Assembly: GCA_030324005.1 (NCBI GenBank)
Contig: JARDVH010000042.1
Coordinates: forward strand, 61,275,461 to 61,339,460
DNA: 64,000 nt
DNA from: Negaprion brevirostris
Lineage: Eukaryota
Direction of reading: 5' to 3'
Part shown: positions 39,070 through 51,091 of the stretch, one piece after another
Numbering within the stretch: position 1 is the stretch's first letter
Layout of the letters: each line of letters starts with the position of its first letter
The notes under the pieces: model-generated
What the model saw: the letters and a program-made list of their open reading frames with translations, nothing else
Database searches by the model: none
What the model was told of the DNA's origin: nothing
Position numbers and translations under genes: made by a program

Positions 39070-39430
39070 GTATTATTGTATTCATTTCCTTAACCTTCCA
39101 CACCTTTGTAACCTCACCAACACCTCAGCATCTTCTACTGAGAACTTGCCGTTCCTCTGACTGTGTTTTGTACAACCCCCTCTCTTTGCATTATCATTGG
39201 CAACCTTTCGCCATCGACATATGCTTCAGGACATTGCAAGTCCCTTCATAAATCTATCTTGATTTCAACCTTTTCTCCTTCAAGGCTGTTCTCAAACCTA
39301 CTTGTTTGAGAAAGCTTTTGATCACAAATCCTAATATCTCTTTTTAGTTCTGTCCATTGTTATTTGACTTCACCTCCTTGACACACCTGGATTGTTTGTG
39401 TACTAAGGATCTTATGTCAGTGCATGTACG
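39070..39430 (+). mobile_element. L2-like 3' tail fragment
   Basis: ctccttcaaggctgttctcaaacctacttgtttgagaaagcttttg. Confidence 0.5.
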
Positions 39431-40934
39431 GTGTGTGACTGCTTTTTTTAAAATCAAGTACAGTAAATAAGATTCCATTGTTATTCTAGAAGAAATTTAG
39501 CTGCAGTTAATTGCTGTAGTTTGTTTCTTTTTTTGAATATGGATGCATGATATACAGAAGGGGAAAGAAGAATTCAGTAATAAGTTTCAGGCATATTAAT
39601 TGCTCATCAAAGTCAGTGGGGTCATCAGTTTAGCTAGCTAATTTTGTATTTACTGTTGGCCTGTCCACCCCTTCAATAATTTTCTTTGAACAAAGAAGCA
39701 AACATTTCAGAATCTTCCTTTGTGTGAATAACTCATTTTAATGCTTTATGGAAGGAACAGACAAAACAGACCTTTTTCTCAGTTGGTCTTGTGCGAGTGA
39801 AAATGAAATAATGATGTCTGGAAGTTTATTTTTAGGAATCCAATTCTGATTAATATAACAAGCAGTTTCTATAGAATTCTAGAAACATTGAGAGCTGTAA
39901 ATGAATTAACACGAGTCCAAGCAGTCAGATGATGTTTGCCAGTACAGTTTGATAGGTTTGTTTTTAATGCTCTGCTGTCAAAAAAGATTGTAAGCAATGA
40001 CCTCTTAGAAGATACTTGAACTTTACACTAATACATATTGAGCTACTTTCTTCCACACACAAAATACACGTGTATCTAAGAGGTGGTTGGCTTTAGATGT
40101 GCATCTATGATCGAGTTTTCTATATTTTAGTGTAAACTTGCGCAAAAATTGCAGTTGAAAGGAAAAATTTGAAGCAATTCATTATACTTTTTGAACGAAG
40201 TACAGATTCTTGAATTAATAAGTTGTATTGCAAATTTTTGTGTTTCTCAATGTGGTGTGATCCAAGTCGATTATTGCTGCCAAGTGGGCACCATGAAATT
40301 TTCACGGGGATGTTAATACTGGAGAACAGAACTACTTACAATTTTCTTACATCAAGTGGCAACATAAATTATTGCCCAATGAAAGATGGTGCCAGTTAGA
40401 TGCCTTATTCCAATCTTGACAGAAACCCCCTCAAAAAGTTTGATTTCCCACTACAGCTTTGGTCTCCATAAATGAGATTTCTTATTTTAAGATCATTGTG
40501 CCAAATTAGGATTAGGTTTGTGCAGTAGCAAGTTCGACTAGGAGTTCAGTTCTATTGGTAAAGCAGTTTTGAAACATCCACCTGCTGAAGCAACTGACAG
40601 GTTTTTTTTGGTCAACGTGAATTACATTGGCTGACTTGGAGTTATGAGAATAACATACCTGGATTTACTGTTCTCTCCTTTCTCACCTTATCTCAAATTT
40701 GTGCAAGCAATCAGTGGAATAAAAAAATGACTACCCACCTCCCCATATCACTTCACCAACGTATTGTTGTGCAAAGCAGTATTTAAAATAGGATGTAATC
40801 AACGCAGTTCTCAAAATATTAATGTGATTTATTATTATTTTCACTTTTTTAATTCCCAGTATTTTGGTAAATTCTTCAATGTTACACTTGCCTAATGTTG
40901 GTATGTCAAAAACTTTCCCTATGTTTATAATGCA

Positions 40935-41325
40935 TTTCCCATAGAAAAGTTACAGCACAGAATGAGGCCAATCAGTCCATCTTGTCCATGCCAGCCTAAG
41001 GACAGCCAGGTGCCCTTTCTAATCTCAACTTCAGGTGGACTGGTGGTGTTGAGATGGCGGCGTGGGCTCATTGGGCCCAAGGGCCTGTTTCCCGGGCTGA
41101 TTTTGTTCTTTGTTCTTTGTTCATGCACCTGGTCCATAGTCCTGTAGCTTATCGCACTTAAGGCGCAAATCCAGGTACTTGTTAAGAGGGTCTCTGCCTC
41201 CACTGCCAACTCGGGCAGCAAATTCCAGACGTGCACTAGTCTCTGTAAATAAAAAAAAACGTTCTTCCTCATGTCCCCCCTACATCGTCTGCCACTGAAT
41301 CTAAGTTCCCTGGATCTAGAATGAA
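40935..41325 (-). mobile_element. CR1-like 3' fragments (composite)
   Basis: catagaaaagttacagcacagaatgaggcc tail. Minus-strand CRGDMRKNVFF..QRLVHVWNLLPE. Confidence 0.75.
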
Positions 41326-41983
41326 CTACCATCTGAAAGTGGCCATAATCTGCTGAAGTGGAGTTGCTGGAAATGCTCTTCCTGTACAAATGTTGATAAA
41401 AATGAACAAATTCAATGAAGTGTTCTGTCATGTTATGACCCCAAAAATCCATGCTAGATTTGTGTTGTAAATCTGCTTGAATGATAGTAAGCTTGACTAG
41501 AACCTGATTGTTACGTTTGGATCGTTTGATTGCAATTTAATGTACCTCCTTTAGCCTCACTGTGGGAATCATTATGGGCTTTCTGCTAGGACAGGAGAAG
41601 GATGCCCTTTTCTTACTTGAAAGATTTAAAACTGCTCCCTTTGCACATTACTGTTGGGGGCATGGTGTATTTATTTCCGATAGGGCAGGGAAAATGTGAG
41701 TTGTCATACCCCAGATATTGGCATATTCCTTATGTGTGTGACTGATTTTCAACTTGTACCTCAGGGTCTAAAATTGAGTTTGCAAATTGGTCAGTCATTG
41801 TGGAAATAACTTTTATTTCTTGTGCCTCAAAAGTGAATTAATTGGGAAGATATTTCAAAATGTGGAGCTTCCATCAATATTGATATGCCTGTAATAGACG
41901 TGAAGATGCCGGCATTTGACTGGAATAGGCACAGTAAGAAGTCTCTCAACACCAGGTTAAAATCCAACAGGTTTATTTTGTAG

Positions 41984-42018
41984 CACGAGCTTTCGGAGTG
42001 CTGCCCCTTCATCAGGTC
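41984..42018 (-). ncRNA. Minimal type I hammerhead ribozyme-like motif (core intact)
   Basis: Minus strand reads GAC-CUGAUGA-A-GGGGC-AGC-ACUCC-GAAA-GC-UC-GUG. Confidence 0.6.
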
Positions 42019-42026
42019 AGTTGACT

Positions 42027-42061
42027 CATCTGATGAAGGGGCAGCGCTCTGAACGCTTGTG
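42027..42061 (+). ncRNA. Hammerhead-like motif, core mutated (GAAA to GAAC)
   Basis: Plus strand reads CAU-CUGAUGA-A-GGGGC-AGC-GCUCU-GAAC-GC-UU-GUG. Confidence 0.5.
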
Positions 42062-42879
42062 CTACCAAATAAACCTGTTGGCCTTTAACCTGGTGTTGTG
42101 AGACTTTTTACTGTAATAGATGTGTAAAGTAGTTTGGTTATTAACTTTTTGTGGTGATAAGCCTGAAACGGGGGGGAAAAAACTATTGGCCTGTGGAGGC
42201 ATGCATGTCATGAGCTGCCTCAAATGTCATCTGAGAACTGAGGGTTACTTGATGATTCAGACAAACTCCTGCTGTTGGAACTAGTCTGCTGCTGTCGTTT
42301 TAGAAGTAAATGCAACCCAATGAGCCAGTGACTGGAAAGATTCTAATTTCTTTCCTCCCCCACTGGCATTGATGCAGAAAGCTTTATAAATTTAGATGAT
42401 GAAATAAAATTTCAGGAGCTTAGAGTAGGGATGGGGACTCTTTTTTGACCAAATGGACTGAAATTTTCGGCATGTAAAATGTCAACACCAAAAAATCAAG
42501 TCCATCAGCTGAATATCAGTGAAATTTTCATGGCCATACCAGATCAGACAAAAGTAGAATCAGTCAAGCTTTGCAATAGAAAATGGAGAGAGTGAATTGA
42601 ACAGTTAATTTTTGCAGTGTTTCAGTTGCTTACCACTCCTCTTGAGGTAGCAGAGTTCTCTGTATCACAGTTTTCACCTCATATTACTCCTCCTCCACAA
42701 AGTGAAATGTGACCTCTGGCTTTTGGGAAACCATTTCTCTTCACGAGGTGTATCACAGAAAGCAAAAAAATTCAACCTCTAAGTCTTCCAGCATTCATCA
42801 ATCACTTTATATTAATCAATCCACCAGATGACTATAATCTTTTCTTGCTGCCTCACCCAAATTCTTCCTCCAGGAATTT

Positions 42880-43660
42880 TGTATTCATTCAAAGCATGTG
42901 GATTTTGTTGGCTAAGCCAGCATTTATTGCCCATCTCTAATTACCCTCGAAGGTGCTGGTGAGCTGTCTTCTTGAATCATTGCAGTCTATTTTGTATAGG
43001 TAAACCCACTGAGTTGTTATGGAGAGAATTCCAGGATTTTGACCTAGTGAAAATGAATGGTGATATATTTCCAAGTCAGAATAGTGAGTTGCTTGGACGG
43101 GAGCTTCCAGGTGTTGGTGTTCCTATGTATTTGTTACTCCTTGTTCTGCGTGGTCATNNNNNNNNNNNNNNNNNNNNNNNNNNNNNNNNNNNNNNNNNNN
43201 NNNNNNNNNNNNNNNNNNNNNNNNNNNNNNNNNNNNNNNNNNNNNNNNNNNNNNNNNNNNNNNNNNNNNNNNNNNNNNNNNNNNNNNNNNNNNNNNNNNN
43301 NNNNNNNNNNNNNNNNNNNNNNNNNNNNNNNNNNNNNNNNNNNNNNNNNNNNNNNNNNNNNNNNNNNNNNNNNNNNNNNNNNNNNNNNNNNNNNNNNNNN
43401 NNNNNNNNNNNNNNNNNNNNNNNNNNNNNNNNNNNNNNNNNNNNNNNNNNNNNNNNNNNNNNNNNNNNNNNNCCTCAGCATCCATATGGCTAGTCCAGTT
43501 CAATTTCTGATCAATGGTAACCTTCCAGAATGTTTATTGTGAGAGAGAATTCAGCAGTGGCAATGCCATTGAATGTCAAGGGGCTATGGTTAGACTCTCT
43601 CTTGTTGGAGATGGTCATCGTCTGGCACTTGAGTGATGCAAATATTACATGCTTCTTGCC
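42880..43660 (-). mobile_element. CR1/L2-group LINE 3' portion (spans gap)
   Basis: gccagcatttattgcccatctctaattaccctcgaagg tail. Homologous to 8922-9634. Confidence 0.8.
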
Positions 43661-44437
43661 TGGGTACTGTTTTCACCTCAGTAACTTGAAAACATCTGTA
43701 GACTTTTAACAAGGTTTTGTTTTCTATTCTTCACTTAGAATCTGCCTACTTTTATATCTGAATATGTAGGCTGTATTCTGTAATCCCATATCTTGTAATT
43801 CTGTGTATTACATGATGCACCTATCCTGATTCTACCCAAAAAGCTAGACACATTATAATTTATTGGTAGTTCAACAAAAGTGTGAAGAACGAGCAATTTG
43901 CACATACTGTACAAAATAGCAAATCCCATAGAAGCAGGAACAGGAGTCTCTCTTGTTTGGGTTTGTTGTAGGTTAATGAGTGATCATGTTTCACTTCAGT
44001 CTTTACATCAATCCTTAATTTGTGAAATAAATAAAGTTCAGCTTTTCACATGTATCGAAGCTGAAGATAAATGACAACCCTCACAGCTTGAGCTGTAATA
44101 AAAGCATTTGCAGAATGAAGTGTCCGCAATTTTGAGGGAAAGATGGATTAAACTGAGTCATAAACCTCTTTCTCAGTCCAATCTTTTNNNNNNNNNNATA
44201 TTAGGTTGAATCTGGGGCAGTGAGAAGGGAAAGTAAGGTCAGTGGTGCTGCATTAGTTGTTTTGTTTGAAGGAATTAATTGACCAGAACCAACCATACTG
44301 CATACAGGGCTGTTACTGTGATGTAGGATCAAGGCAGTTCTGTTGATACATGGCAAAGAGACTGTGTGCTGAGATGAACTGAGGAGGTTCTGAAGAAGAG
44401 CCCATTTTTGTGAAGACCATGCCTATGGAACTTGGTT

Positions 44438-44560
44438 AAAATCAAAATACTGTGGGTGTCAGAATCTGATACGAAAACGGAATGCTGGAAAATCTCAGCA
44501 GGTCTGACAGCATCTGTGGAGAGAGAATAGGGTCAATGTTTCTAGTCTGGATGACCCAGA
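44438..44560 (-). mobile_element. Penelope-type terminal repeat, solo
   Basis: aatgctggaaaatctcagcaggtctgacagcatctgtggagagagaa, as at 33775. Confidence 0.75.
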
Positions 44561-44864
44561 CTTAGGTTAGGTAGAAGCTACTATCAGGTTAGAATCAGTG
44601 GCTAGCCCTTTAAGAAAAAGAATGGGATTTCCATTGTTGTTCTAGATTTCTTCCAACATCTGCTGCCGAGACAGCACATGAATGATCAGTCGAGCTTATC
44701 AGTGCTCCATAGGCTGTTTGACATCGTACAAATGTTATCTTCATTTCTGTAGCGAGATGTCACAGGTTGCGCTTGATGTTGATTCTTGTGAAGATCAATA
44801 AACCAAAAGATTAAAATTTACTTGAACCACCCCAATGGACAAGATGTTACTTTGTGTGATGATT

Positions 44865-45560
44865 ATTTTAATGACCAAATCTCAATCAACATAAATTAAG
44901 CATGAATTCACAGGCAAATTGTAGTCAATGTAAACTATAAATGTTACATGAAAAAGATACAACAAGGATATGTCAGATTGACTAGCCAGTCCACTCAGCC
45001 ATACAGTCCATCAAAACTCTAAATTTCCTCAACTCCACTGAATAAAATAACTAATGCAACACCAATAACTTGATGTTTTCTTCAGGCTATTCTCTGATCC
45101 AGCCTTCATGTCCACCTTTCTTCAACTACACCCTAACCCCTCCTTCCTACTAACAAAGCTTTGGTCGTATGGGCTCCATTTCTGCCACAACCTTGAATCA
45201 CATGAGCCTGTTTCCTGTCCTTTCAGAGGCTGGGCGAGCATCCCAGCTATATCCACTCTTAACTGCACCAATTTTTCAAAGCAGCAGGAACTGGAATCCT
45301 CAGCTCTCTGCCCAGGGATGTCCCATCCCATGCAGACAGCCCTGCCAGAGTTTAGGACAAACGCAATATCTTCACTGCCAGGTCCACACAGCCCAGTACC
45401 GAGGTTGGCCCCCCGAGACACCAGTCCTGTGCACAGCCTTCCCCCACTCACCATCACAGGCTCCATCAGAGTTATCTTGTGGTGGAATGTAGCACAAATC
45501 CAGAACTTTACAGAATGGAGGATAAACCTAGTCACCCCTGGATATGTTGGAAACTGAACA
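44865..45560 (-). mobile_element. Possible L1/Tx1-type LINE 3' remnant
   Basis: Minus-strand ...FEKLVQLR...RLWQKWSPY resembles L1/Tx1 ORF2 C-termini and is followed by a T-rich tail. Weak. Confidence 0.35.
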
Positions 45561-45684
45561 TAAATACTGCAGGGCCCAATTTTGAGTGGGCCAGTAGGGA
45601 TGGCACTGAGATGCCTTCAGTGTCACTGCCAGAAGTGATGCAATCTAACAAGTGGTCTAATTAAAATGAAAGACACTTCACACA

Positions 45685-46517
45685 AAGCATGGCAGATGGA
45701 ATTTAATCCTGACAAATGCGAGGTGATGCATTTCGGAAGGAATAATGCAGAGAGGAACTGCGTGATAAAAGGTAGACATCAGGAGTACAGAAATTCAGGG
45801 GGACCTGGGAGTGCAGGTTCACAAGTCTCTGAAGGTGGCGACACAAGTGGAGAAGGTTGTGAGGAAGGCTTATGGAATGCTAGCCTTTATAGGAAGGGGT
45901 ATAGAGTATAGGAGTTGCCGTCTAATNNNNNNNNNNNNNNNNNNNNNNNNNNNNNNNNNNNNNNNNNNNNNNNNNNNNNNNNNNNNNNNNNNNNNNNNNN
46001 NNNNNNNNNNNNNNNNNNNNNNNNNNCTCATTACAAGAAAGATGTGGAAGCTATTGAAAGGATGCAGAGGAGATTTACAAGGACGTTGCCTGGATTGGTT
46101 GGCATGCCTTATGAGGATAGGTTGAGGGAACTAGCTCTTTTCTCCCTGGAGAGATGAAGGATGAGAGGTGACCTGATGGAGGTTTTTAAGACCTTGAGAG
46201 GTATAGATTGGGTGGATTCTCGGAGGCTATTTCCCAGGGCTGAAATGGTCGCTACGAGAGGACACAGGTTTAGGGTGCTGGGGAGTAGGTACAGAGGAGA
46301 TGTCGGGTAAGTTTTTCACTGAGGGTGGTGGGTGAGTGGAATCGGCTGCCGTCGGTGGTGGTGGAGGGGAACTCGTTGGCGTCTTTTAAGAGACTTCTGG
46401 CTGAGTACGTGGGATTTAATGGGATTGAGGGTTCTAGGTAGGCCCAGTAGGTAGGGATATGATCAGTGCAACTTGTGGGCCGAAGGGCCTGTGGTTTTCT
46501 ATGTTCTGTATGTTCTA
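45685..46517 (+). mobile_element. 5'-truncated CR1 LINE
   Basis: WQMEFNPDKCEVMHFGR, KAYGMLAFIGRGIEY, YKKDVEAIERMQRRFTR. Tail tctatgttctgtatgttcta. Confidence 0.93.
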
Positions 46518-46524
46518 ATACACC

Positions 46525-46616
46525 TTGTGAGCTGCCAAATAAACCTGTTGGACTTTAACTTAGTGTTGTGAGTCTTACTGTGCTTACCCCAGTCCAATGC
46601 CAGCATCTCCACATCA
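46525..46616 (+). mobile_element. Single-arm copy of the 41899-42114 element
   Basis: ccaaataaacctgttggactttaacttagtgttgtgagtcttactgtgcttaccccagtccaatgccagcatctccacatc, flanked by ctaatacacc and ctaatacatc. Confidence 0.8.
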
Positions 46617-49489
46617 CTAATACATCATAGCCAGGGTATCAGTTAAGAGCTTGACTTGCTCTTTGTACTAAACAAATGAGGTGGAGGGAGATGAATTGTT
46701 TTGGGGTAGGAAGGTGGTGTCTTGCATCCACTTGTGTGAGGAGGCTCATGTAGAACATAAGCACAAGCAGAGTGGAATTAATATTCTGATTGAATAAATT
46801 TGCCAATTTAACCTGCCAGAAAACATGACTGAGTATTCATTTAAACTGTAGTGAGATATGGGGACTCCCAAGTAATCTGCCCTAAGAGGCAGGTCTTTAA
46901 TTATAAATTCTAAGTGTGATGCCTTTCCTTTTTTTGGTAGTGATTTAAATTACTAGCAGGCAGCATTTCCCAGTGCTGAGGAAATGCAAGGAAAACTTTG
47001 TGTCACAGTTGCTTCCTTCATCTCCCTCCCATGCCCCCACCTCCCACCTCTATCTGGTCCCCCTGCCACCTCTCCCTCCTGATTGCTGCTTTTGTGTTCC
47101 CACCCCATCTACTCACTAGCTTTCATGCTTTCATTCCCTCTCAACTGACGGTCTATCCTCAATGTCCCAAGCTGCAGTCTTCTGTTGGCATTCCACACTG
47201 GCAACCAGCCAACTTTGCGGTGCTTGCACAACATGGAGTAAGCTTTGACAGGGCCCATCTTCCCATGATTTCTGGCTCATCTTGCCGCCGCACGTGTGTT
47301 AGTATTAATTACTGAGTTTTTTACTTGAATGCACACAAGCGAACACTAAACCAGAACCTAATTAGGCGTGACTGATGCACTCATGGTTGTGGTGCCATTT
47401 TCCACTCTGACTTAAACATCTTGTTTGTAAACATCTGTGGAACCTCACCAGCATTTGTCCATGCCTTCAGAAATGAACAATACCTGGTGAAATAGCTCCC
47501 TTTGAATCTCTGATTAGGTAAAGCCAAGATCAGCTCTGTCTATGATGCAGGGTAGTTGCATTGTATGTGAGGACTCACTGTTTGGAATAGCCCATAAGAA
47601 ATGGGCAATATTGAGATAAGCAAAACATCTTCAAAATAATGAAGAAAATTGAGAAAGCAATGCAAGTAACTTTTTTGTTATGCTGAAAGGTTCAAGTATC
47701 CGGAGTGAGAAGATGGCATTAGGAAGGATAGTCATATGAAACTTTTCTACAGGACCAGTGTTGTCTGTGAAATGCAGACAGACACTTTGCCCAGTTTGTA
47801 TATCTCAAACACTTCACAGGCACCCTTACTTACAAGATGAACAAAAGGACCAAACTCGGTTCGCAGTTCGACTAATTTTGTTAACAAGTTCAATAACATG
47901 AACACAGTATTCCCGAATTATCTAAACTCTTTTTACCTAAGACCCTGATACTACCCATGCCGATGAACTTGACCGAGCCACAGGTTCAATTCTGAGTATT
48001 TTCCATTTCAAGGTCCTCATCTGTGAAGCTGATTCTCGTACATCCTTTTCTGTTGTCTCTGGGTTGTCAACAAGTCTTGCCTATAGTCGTCTTCGCTGTG
48101 GGTCAAGCTGAGTCTNNNNNNNNNNNNNNNNNNNNNNNNNNNNNNNNNNNNNNNNNNNNNNNNNNNNNNNNNNNNNNNNNNNNNNNNNNNNNNNNNNNNN
48201 NNNNNNNNNNNNNNNNNNNNNNNNNNNNNNNNNNNNNNNNNNNNNNNNNNNNNNNNNNNNNNNNNNNNNNNNNNNNNNNNNNNNNNNNNNNNNNNNNNNN
48301 NNNNNNNNNNNNNNNNNNNNNNNNNNNNNNNNNNNNNNNNNNNNNNNNNNNNNNNNNNNNNNNNNNNAACATAGAAACTATATGCCAAATATGGTCACGG
48401 TCAAGTTCTTCCGATCTCCGTTCCTGGAGCATGCCGTGATCTATATGTTTTTCTCTTTGGCCTGTCCGAGTTCCCAATGATCCTTGTTGTAGGAGCTGTT
48501 TGCTCCAGCAGTTTGAATTCAGAGTATCTATTGGTCCATTAGGCCTATGAATCAGGCTTCCAAATAAGGGATGTACAATCTCATTGGGTGCTGTGACCTC
48601 CATCTGGCCACATAAGTAGCAAATATATTTGCAGGAAAGGTTAGGTCACTTGAAATAGGCTGTTATTCCCACTGCAGTCACTACCCAATGATAACTGCTT
48701 GAGTGCACCTTTCAACATTTTGAGAGAAGAATTCTGGCCCCGGCTATGATGTTTTATGTGAAAGCAGTTGAGACTGTCACATTCATTTGCAGTCTTTTGG
48801 ATGAGTTACTTAGGGGAATCGTGAGCAGCTATCTGAGCAAGGGTTGGAAAGTTGAAAAGTCAGAAGGGGAGAAAAATGTGAAGCGCAACAAAATAATTTT
48901 TATATCACAAGATGCTCAAGGCTTGGATCAAATATGCCCAAAGTGTCTGTATCTTCACCCCAACATCTGTAGGGGGCCTGAGTGTAGTAATTGTCAAAAC
49001 TTGATGGAGATGGATTTTGCTTACTGTGCTCCTAGTATTTATAAGAAGTCCAGTTAAGTTTTGAGTCAAATGGTAAACCCAGGAAGATTTTAGCAGGGTT
49101 TCAGTAATGTCAAAGAGAGATGGTTAAATTCTGAGTGACCAACTCCTGTTCCTGTGTTGGCATAGTTTGATGCAAATTAATTTTCTTAATAGCAAAGGAA
49201 AGTGCTCATTTACTTCCCTTTTTTAAATTATGTATTTTGAACCAAAAGCGGCATTCTTTTCTGTATAATTTATTTTTTCACATGATTGCATATTGTCGAT
49301 AATAATAGTGCTTGGAGAACTACCTGGTGTGTTGTGCTACATCTAATCCCATAGGAAGTATTATAACAACATCCTGGGAGCCCAAATATGATAACGTTTT
49401 GCCTTTGAATAATTTCCCAAATCCAGATAAATGGATGCTTACTTTGAGTCATTTCTTTTTGTTTGGTTATTCTTTTGTTTTGTTTTTCT

Positions 49490-49700
49490 CTCATTCCCTC
49501 CAATACCCATAATTTTTCCCTTTCTTCCCTTGTTACCTCTCCCTCTTCTTCATCATCCTCCAATTTCCCCCCCTTCCTTCCCTTTGCTTCCCATCTAAGT
49601 TTCCACCTTTCTTTGCCATCCTCTCCCTTTGTTGCCTTTCGCTTTTCCACTACGCGTCCACTACTTTCCCCCACTTTCTTTCTTCCTTCCTCCGCTTATA
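49490..49700. repeat. Polypyrimidine low-complexity tract (similar tract at 50590-50810)
   Basis: C/T-rich sequence seen directly. Confidence 0.8.
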
Positions 49701-50048
49701 ACATTTCAGGTGTTATNNNNNNNNNNNNNNNNNNNNNNNNNNNNNNNNNNNNNNNNNNNNNNNNNNNNNNNNNNNNNNNNNNNNNNNNNNNNNNNNNNNN
49801 NNNNNNNNNNNNNNNNNNNNNNNNNNNNNNNNNNNNNNNNNNNNNNNNNNNNNNNNNNNNNNNNNNNNNNNNNNNNNNNNNNNNNNNNNNNNNNNNNNNN
49901 NNNNNNNNNNNNNNNNNNNNNNNNNNNNNNNNNNNNNNNNNNNNNNNNNNNNNNNNNNNNNNNNNNNNNNNNNNNNNNNNNNNNNNNNNNNNNNNNNNNN
50001 NNNNNNNNNNNNNNNNNNNNNNNNNNNNNNNNNNNNNNNNNNNNNNNN

Positions 50049-50125
50049 TCTCCCCTCATTCTTCTAAACTCTAACGAGTACAAGCCTAGTTTATTCAGCC
50101 TCTCCTCATAGCTCAACCCCCTCAA
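50049..50125 (-). mobile_element. CR1 fragment
   Basis: LRGLSYEERLNKLGLYSLEFRRMRG. Confidence 0.85.
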
Positions 50126-50562
50126 TGTGAGGTAAGGCCATTCAGAAGTCTGACAGCAGCAGAAAGAAGTTTGTTTTTGAGTTGGTTGGCACATTATTTC
50201 AGACTTTTGTATCTCTTTCTGGACAGATGGACAAGAGTGTGTCTGGGGTGCATGGGGTCCTTGATTATGTTGGCTGCTTTTGAGGCAGCAGGAAGTCTAG
50301 ACAGTGTCAATGGATGGGAGGCTGGTTTGCATAATGAGATTTGACTACATTGACGACCTCTTATAGTTTTTTGTGGTCTTGGGCAGAGCAGGAGCCATAC
50401 CAAGCTGTGATACAACCAAAAAGAATGCTTTCTATGGTGCATCTGTAAAAGATGGTGAGAGTCGTAGCAGACATGCCAAATTTCCTTAGTCTTCTGAGTA
50501 AGTAGAGGCATTGGGGGCTTTCGTAACTATAGCATCCGCATGGAGGGACCAGGACAGGTTTC
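50126..50562 (-). mobile_element. Rex1/Babar-type LINE fragment (second copy)
   Basis: LYLLRRLRKFGMSATTLTIFYRCTIESILFGCITAWYGSCSAQD. Aligns with 37075-37520. Confidence 0.88.
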
Positions 50563-51036
50563 TCGTTCAACCACCTTGCTGTTGTAGCTGTGTCTCCTTT
50601 TCCAACCCTTTATCCTCACACACTGTCTTTCTGTCTCTCCGTCTCTCTCTCTCTCTTCTCCTTCCATTCTTTTACTATCATTCTCTTGTTGCTACCATCC
50701 ATTTCTCTCTCGTTATGTTCTACATTTTTCACAGACTTTGATCCCTTTCTCCCTATCCCTCTGTCAGTGGATTGTCAGATTCCATTCTCTTTCTCTAGCT
50801 CAGGTTTCTTTGTTTGAGGAGCTGTTTCTAATTCTGTTTGTCTCCTGGTTGCTTTCTGTTCTCTGATTCTGTGTAGTCTGCGTATGTATGATCAGTTGGG
50901 TTTTATGAATCTGATTCAAAGCACATGCACGAATTTTGAGAGTTTTGACCAAATGATAATTATGGTTAAATCAGTTAGATATTTTTTCAATTTAGTTTCC
51001 TTCATATGATTTTGTTGTTCTTTCAAACCACCATAG

Positions 51037-51091
51037 GTGCTGCTGTTTCTTCAAGCGGAGAAAAAGGAAAACTATTCAACGTCACAAATGA
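51037..51091 (+). CDS. CSNK1G3: CK1 gamma 3 last coding exon CCCFFKRRKRKTIQRHK-stop
   Basis: ccatag|G TGC TGC TGT TTC TTC AAG CGG ... CAC AAA TGA. Cys cluster plus basic tail typical of CSNK1G3. Confidence 0.97.

Larger units (their letters stand above)
41899..42114. mobile_element. Palindromic non-autonomous element (about 91-bp inverted arms) with a hammerhead-like motif on each arm; probably Penelope pseudo-LTR derived
   Basis: Arms 41931-42021 and 42024-42114 are near reverse complements. Flanked by direct repeats ctgtaatagacgtg (41889) and ctgtaatagatgtg (42111). Confidence 0.85.

Noticed and set aside
45108-45557. Overlapping 149-aa (+) and 137-aa (-) ORFs
   Set aside because: No recognisable domain or splice structure. 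Better explained as a GC-richer LINE remnant.
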